From: Trichoplax sp. H2
Lineage: Eukaryota
Assembly (NCBI GenBank): GCA_003344405.1
Contig: NOWV01000158.1
Coordinates: 1 to 64,000 of the forward strand
DNA length: 64,000 nt
Reading direction: 5' to 3'
Numbering within the stretch: position 1 is the stretch's first letter; every line of letters starts with the position of its first letter. Below the pieces are notes generated by a model that saw only the letters and a program-made list of their open reading frames with translations, was not told the DNA's origin and did not search any database. Shown here one piece after another: positions 59,101 to 64,000 of this stretch. A program made the position numbers and the translations under genes.

Positions 59101-62100
59101 AGAGAGTTTACATAAACCGGAAGCTGATTCAGAAAATATTAAAAAGGACGAGGTAGTTAAGAATCTAGCACTGCCTATTAATATGCGAACGCGGCATTGA
59201 AAATTGAAATTGTTTTAAAATTTTTAGCCAGTATTAACAGAAGAGAAGGGAACTGAATCGTTTATTGAAATTAAGAATCAGGAGCCAACTATGGAAGATG
59301 AACAAAAGTCAGACACTAATGATGATCAAAGTCAGTCTGATGACGATAGCTTAGAACAGAATGAAGAAAGCGATGAAGGTAATTAATTAAGGTTGCTTTA
59401 CCAGTAAAACTTACTTTTTTATCCACTGAAAGGAAAGGGTTCTAGTACCTTTGCTTGTGAAACTGTGGAGAATTTTATGTTCAATCATAATTACTGATAA
59501 ACAATTTCCATAGGTAATCGTCACTATGATCGTGAATTCCTACTAAAGTTTCGAGCTATGGGACCGGCCCAAGCTCGACCTGACTTACCGAACGTCGAAT
59601 GTGTGCTAAAAGAGGTAATTTTGTTAATGACGTTAACCTAATTTACAGTAGAAATATGTTATAGCATTTATAACCACTTTTTTGCTAATAATTACTATTT
59701 ACTATTATTTGTAGGGAAGCAATATTGGCGATGTGTTAAGGTTAAAAATGATTGTTTTATCTTGTAATTCTAACATTAAAAATAACATGCTTCATTTTCT
59801 ATTTAGTAAAGCTATTTATCAATTTGTTTACAGGCATCCCGCCGATTTCGTCCTTCCGCCATACAGCCGTCAAAAATCAAGTGTAAGTTTCATTCCATAT
59901 AGACCTACATCTTAAAGCAATTTTGCTTATTTATCACATGATTGTCACATCAGGGCTCTGGTAAAGGAAGGAGTCAACGAGGATCCAAAAAAATAATTGA
60001 TCATAGTATCTCTACTAATATTACGCTCAAGAAAGCAGACAATAAATGGCAGAGACCTAGCGAAGAACGTGATGAAGATAAAGTAAACAGACTGTTTTTC
60101 TCTAGCAGTATTTTCTGTCTCAGAAAGCTTATGTATGCCGTTTTTAAATTTTTATAGATTATTCTAAATAAGGTTAAAGCTATTTTAAATAAATTAACGC
60201 CTCAAAAGTTCGATGTCTTGGTTGGGAATTTTAAAGAATTGACGATTGATAATGAAGCAAGATTAATGGGTGCCATAGACCTAATCTTTGAAAAGGTGCT
60301 AATATTCTGCTGATGTTTTAGATGATATTACGTAGCATTTAATCGTTGTGAATTTCCACACTTTTAGGCAATTGCTGAACCAAGCTTTAATCGCTGCTAT
60401 GCTCAACTCTGCCTGCTATTACAGGATGTATGACAAATCAAACGTTTTTGATAGAGGTATAATTTGTAGGTCATTTGCTCATTGTAGAAGCTTCTATTCT
60501 GTTTTACAGACCTCAATACAAAAAGGAGCGGATGGATTATCCGGCAAATCTAAAAATGTAACATTAAGACGATTGATCTTGAATAAGTGTCAAGCAGAAT
60601 TTAGCAAAACTAAAAGTTTCGATAGCAATAAAGCGGAGCGAAAAGAAAAAAGACTAGCCGAATGCAACACGGTATGTCTTTACGATCACATTATACAGCA
60701 CATATTATCAAATATTATAGTAATTGGAGCTACTATTTTAAAATCATAGAATGAAGAGAAGCGTCGGGTACAGGAAGAATTGGACATAGAAGAAATTAAA
60801 GCAAGAAAGCGATCACTTGGAAATGTTAAATTTATTGGAGAGCTATTTAAATTAGGGGTAAATTTACGTATAAATTGCGTATCGGTATTCTATCCTTTCG
60901 GTCAATAGATTATTATATTAAAGTGCTTATAATATAATCTTCATCATTGTAGATGCTTAAGGAGAATATTATACATCAAGATTGCCTTGTACAATTATTT
61001 CATAACAGTGATGAAGATTCTTTGGAAAGCTTATGTGGCTTTATGACAAGCGTTGGAAAACTTCTCGATAGGCCTGATATAGCAGATAGGATGGATCAAT
61101 ATTTTGACCGATTGAAAAAATTAACGCAGAAGAAAGATAGGATTTGTGCTCGCATGCGATTCATGATTCAAGATGTAATTGACTTAAGACAGGTATACTC
61201 TATTCGTAGATTACGACCTCAAATATTGCCTAGTTATAAAAAGAACCTTGCTTTATTTCTAGAATAATTGGGTGCCTAGAAGGGCAGATAACAATCCTAA
61301 GAAAATTGATGAAATTCATCGTGAAGTTGAAAAAGAAGCTGCAATGCAAGAAGAACAACTGCGTGCGCACCAGCCTAGAGAGAAAAACATGCCTAGAAAT
61401 AGAGGTTAGCTCAATGGTTTTTCTTGTATTTGTCATCGTGTATGATGGAAATTGTACGATACAGAACTCTTTTATTACAATAAATCAGGTCGAGGGAATG
61501 ACATGGACGATAGAAGACAAAATTATGGTGCAAGCCGACAGCGAATGGATAGATCTGAAATAAATGTTTCTAAGTTTATGGAAGCTGCAAACAAAAAAGA
61601 TGAAGCTATAACGTTAGGACCCCCAAGCTGGATCAAAAAGACTGCTAACAATTCCGGAGGTTCGCCACGTACGAAGTTAGTATCCTAAATCGAAATAGAT
61701 AATCAAAATAAATTTATCTGTTGATGGATCGAAGTATCTAAATCAGTAAAAAATCTCTTACAGTCAATCGAAAGATCTTCATTCCAAACACTATAAAGCC
61801 CAAGGGTCGACTAGGTATATCTATGATTATTTATATTATTGTGTATTTAAATCATTTAACATTTCGGTGATGTACTTTCTGTAGTGGTATTATGAAAGAA
61901 CGCAGCGCGATTTTCCATGACAGAAAACGTGATAATGCGAATATTAAAGAGAACAATAAGTTAACTGAAGTATCATCAGATAGATTATTGTCTATTGTAG
62001 AAGAAGTTTTTGAAGAATACCGTAATAATGGTGATTTTAAGGTATTGGCTCAAAATTCCAGCAATTGTTTCCTTCTCAGAAATTTTTAGGAATCTAATGC

Positions 62101-63611
62101 AAGTATTACTTTTAATTGTAGGGTCCTGTTCAAGAATTGAGCGATAAATCGAATTTTGTAGATAAACTTGTTAACTACGTTCTGGATAAGAAGGATGAGG
62201 ATCAGAAGGCTGCTTCTTTGTTGCTGCAGGTCTTATTCGAAGATTCAATTATACCGTCTGATGACTATTCAAAGGCGTAAGTTAATTTCTTTGCCTCTTA
62301 CCGATTCTTATAGAGTATGGTGTTTCTCATCAGTTATTTAATTATTTATTGTTATCTTGCATCATAGATTTGTGAGTATCCTAGATGTTGCTACGGATGT
62401 GGCAATTGATGTTCCACTGATTTATAGGTATTTAGCGAAGTTGTTTTCGCCGTTAATACCAAGTTGTGTTTCATTACAACAATTAATTAAAATTGCAAAG
62501 AACAATGTAATTGCAAGTTGTAATGGCCATAAATTGATTTGTGAAATCTTAGTCAACATCAAGGATATTAAGGTACATTATTCTCATTTGAAGTGAAATG
62601 GTATGGTAGGCAATACAAAGTTACTGAATTCAGAACGATTGCATACAAATATATAGGGCGTAGATTTTGTTAGCAAGGTATGGGCAGATAGTGGTGTTTC
62701 TGTTTCTGATTTCACAAGCCTGGATAGCGCGAAAGTATTGCGTGAAAACGTATGTTTAGATGTAATAAAAATTAACTTTACGAAATATGTGGAGATTAAT
62801 TTGTATTTTATTATCATGAATGCGTAGGGTCTTGAATTTCTGATCAAACCTAAAATCAGTTCTGAAGAGATAGAAGATGAAATTCTACGTATGCTTGAGA
62901 ATAGAAATGATACCGCAGTCCAGCAAATGGATCAATTATTGAACACGGTATTGATGAACAATATTTTCGTATTGTATTTACACGTGCATTAGCATAACGC
63001 ATTAGAAAGTAATTATCTAATTAATTATCTTGATCAATTAGTACGCAATTACTCATCAATTGGAAGATTTATTGCATAAAGCCACGATTGCAATTTGCCG
63101 CAGTTGTGTTAAAGGTTGGTTGTCTTTACCGATTTAATTTATTTTGGATTCATTTGTGTAATAAATTGTTTCTGCTGTTTTAATTATTGATGTCACATTA
63201 TTGTCGCTGCAATTGGCAGGAAATAATTGCGATGAAGGAAAATTAAAGAAGAATATTGTTGTGCTCGACTCTGTATTAAAGAAATTTTACGATACTAACA
63301 AAGGTGGACTTGCTTGTTTGAGTCGTATAGAAGAATTTGTGTCCGGTTTAGGCCACCCGCCAGGTAACGTTATGTTTATGTTGCCTTGAAGTATCAAAAT
63401 TGGTTGTTATAAAAATTGCTAATGGTAATTTCATACTATCAATGCAGATCTTCTAGCAAAAATTTTTAACAGTTTATACGATTTTGAAAGTATTAATGAA
63501 GCTACCTTCAAGGAATGGCTTGATGATAAAAAGTCGAGATCACCTGAAGTTGCACGTTCTCTTAGCCATTTTATTGATAGAATTGAGAAGGGCGATGTGG
63601 AATCAGAATAA
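56135..63611 (+). CDS. EIF4G: Eukaryotic translation initiation factor 4 gamma (eIF4G1/3-type)
   Basis: PABP-binding-like KKKSHALTIVDPNT, eIF4E-binding YDREFLL at 59525-59545, MIF4G domain (ILNKLTPQKF...AIAEPSF...RSLGNVKFIGELFKL...RMRFMIQDVIDLR|NNWVPRR), MA3 domain (DVAIDVPLIYRYLA) and W2 domain ending in TAA at 63609-63611. The 5' exons 56135-56196, 56762-56781 and 57297-57346 are inferred from frame and splice consistency and are less certain. Confidence 0.93.
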
Positions 63612-64000
63612 AGATATAAGATTGTTACATATTGTTTAGCGTTTGAATTTAGATTGTTGGGATAACAGACACTTGCAAAGTAAGTTATGCCTAATGTGTA
63701 TAACACTGTATGTTACTATGCATACTTGACAATCATGGTACAATGACTTCTTGTCCGATATCGAGACGTAGATAGATCTGCCAAATGCTTTATGTCACTT
63801 TGGTTTATGGATAAAGTATTATTTTGTGAAGCGCAGATATAACAACTATTTAGATATCGTACGAAGGAATATATTTGTAAGTAAATAATCATATACTTTG
63901 ATATTGGGTGTATTAAACTAAACTATCGTCGCTTGATTTATACTATTACTATTACTTGAATCGAAGAGTTTGTTTTGTCTGATTACAGTCAATAAATCGA

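Overview
AT-rich, intron-dense animal genomic DNA. The compact introns, retained minor-spliceosome introns and gene neighbourhood suggest an early-branching metazoan such as a placozoan; this is an inference. Eight spliced protein-coding genes can be reconstructed by hand: FoxJ2/3 (+), a long coiled-coil protein that is possibly CCDC30-like (+), 6-phosphogluconate dehydrogenase PGD (+), CTD phosphatase SSU72 (+, absent from the ORF track), a Mi-2/CHD3-5 remodeler with only one PHD finger (-), SSR3/TRAP-gamma (+), methionine sulfoxide reductase A (-) and eIF4G (+). Four observations stand out. (1) MsrA has an in-frame TGA exactly at the catalytic Cys (S-U-F-W), so it is a predicted selenoprotein. 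(2) The ~200-bp tandem array at 25.1-26.6 kb is seven copies of the apparent PGD first coding exon (ATG plus splice donor): two intact, two that would give a TAG stop, and three dead. (3) There are three U12-type or U12-like introns, in SSR3, SSU72 and eIF4G. (4) Dense palindromic TACTGTACAGTA/(CAGTA)n fields sit in the upstream regions of five of the genes. A 20-N assembly gap with duplicated flanking sequence lies in MsrA intron 2.
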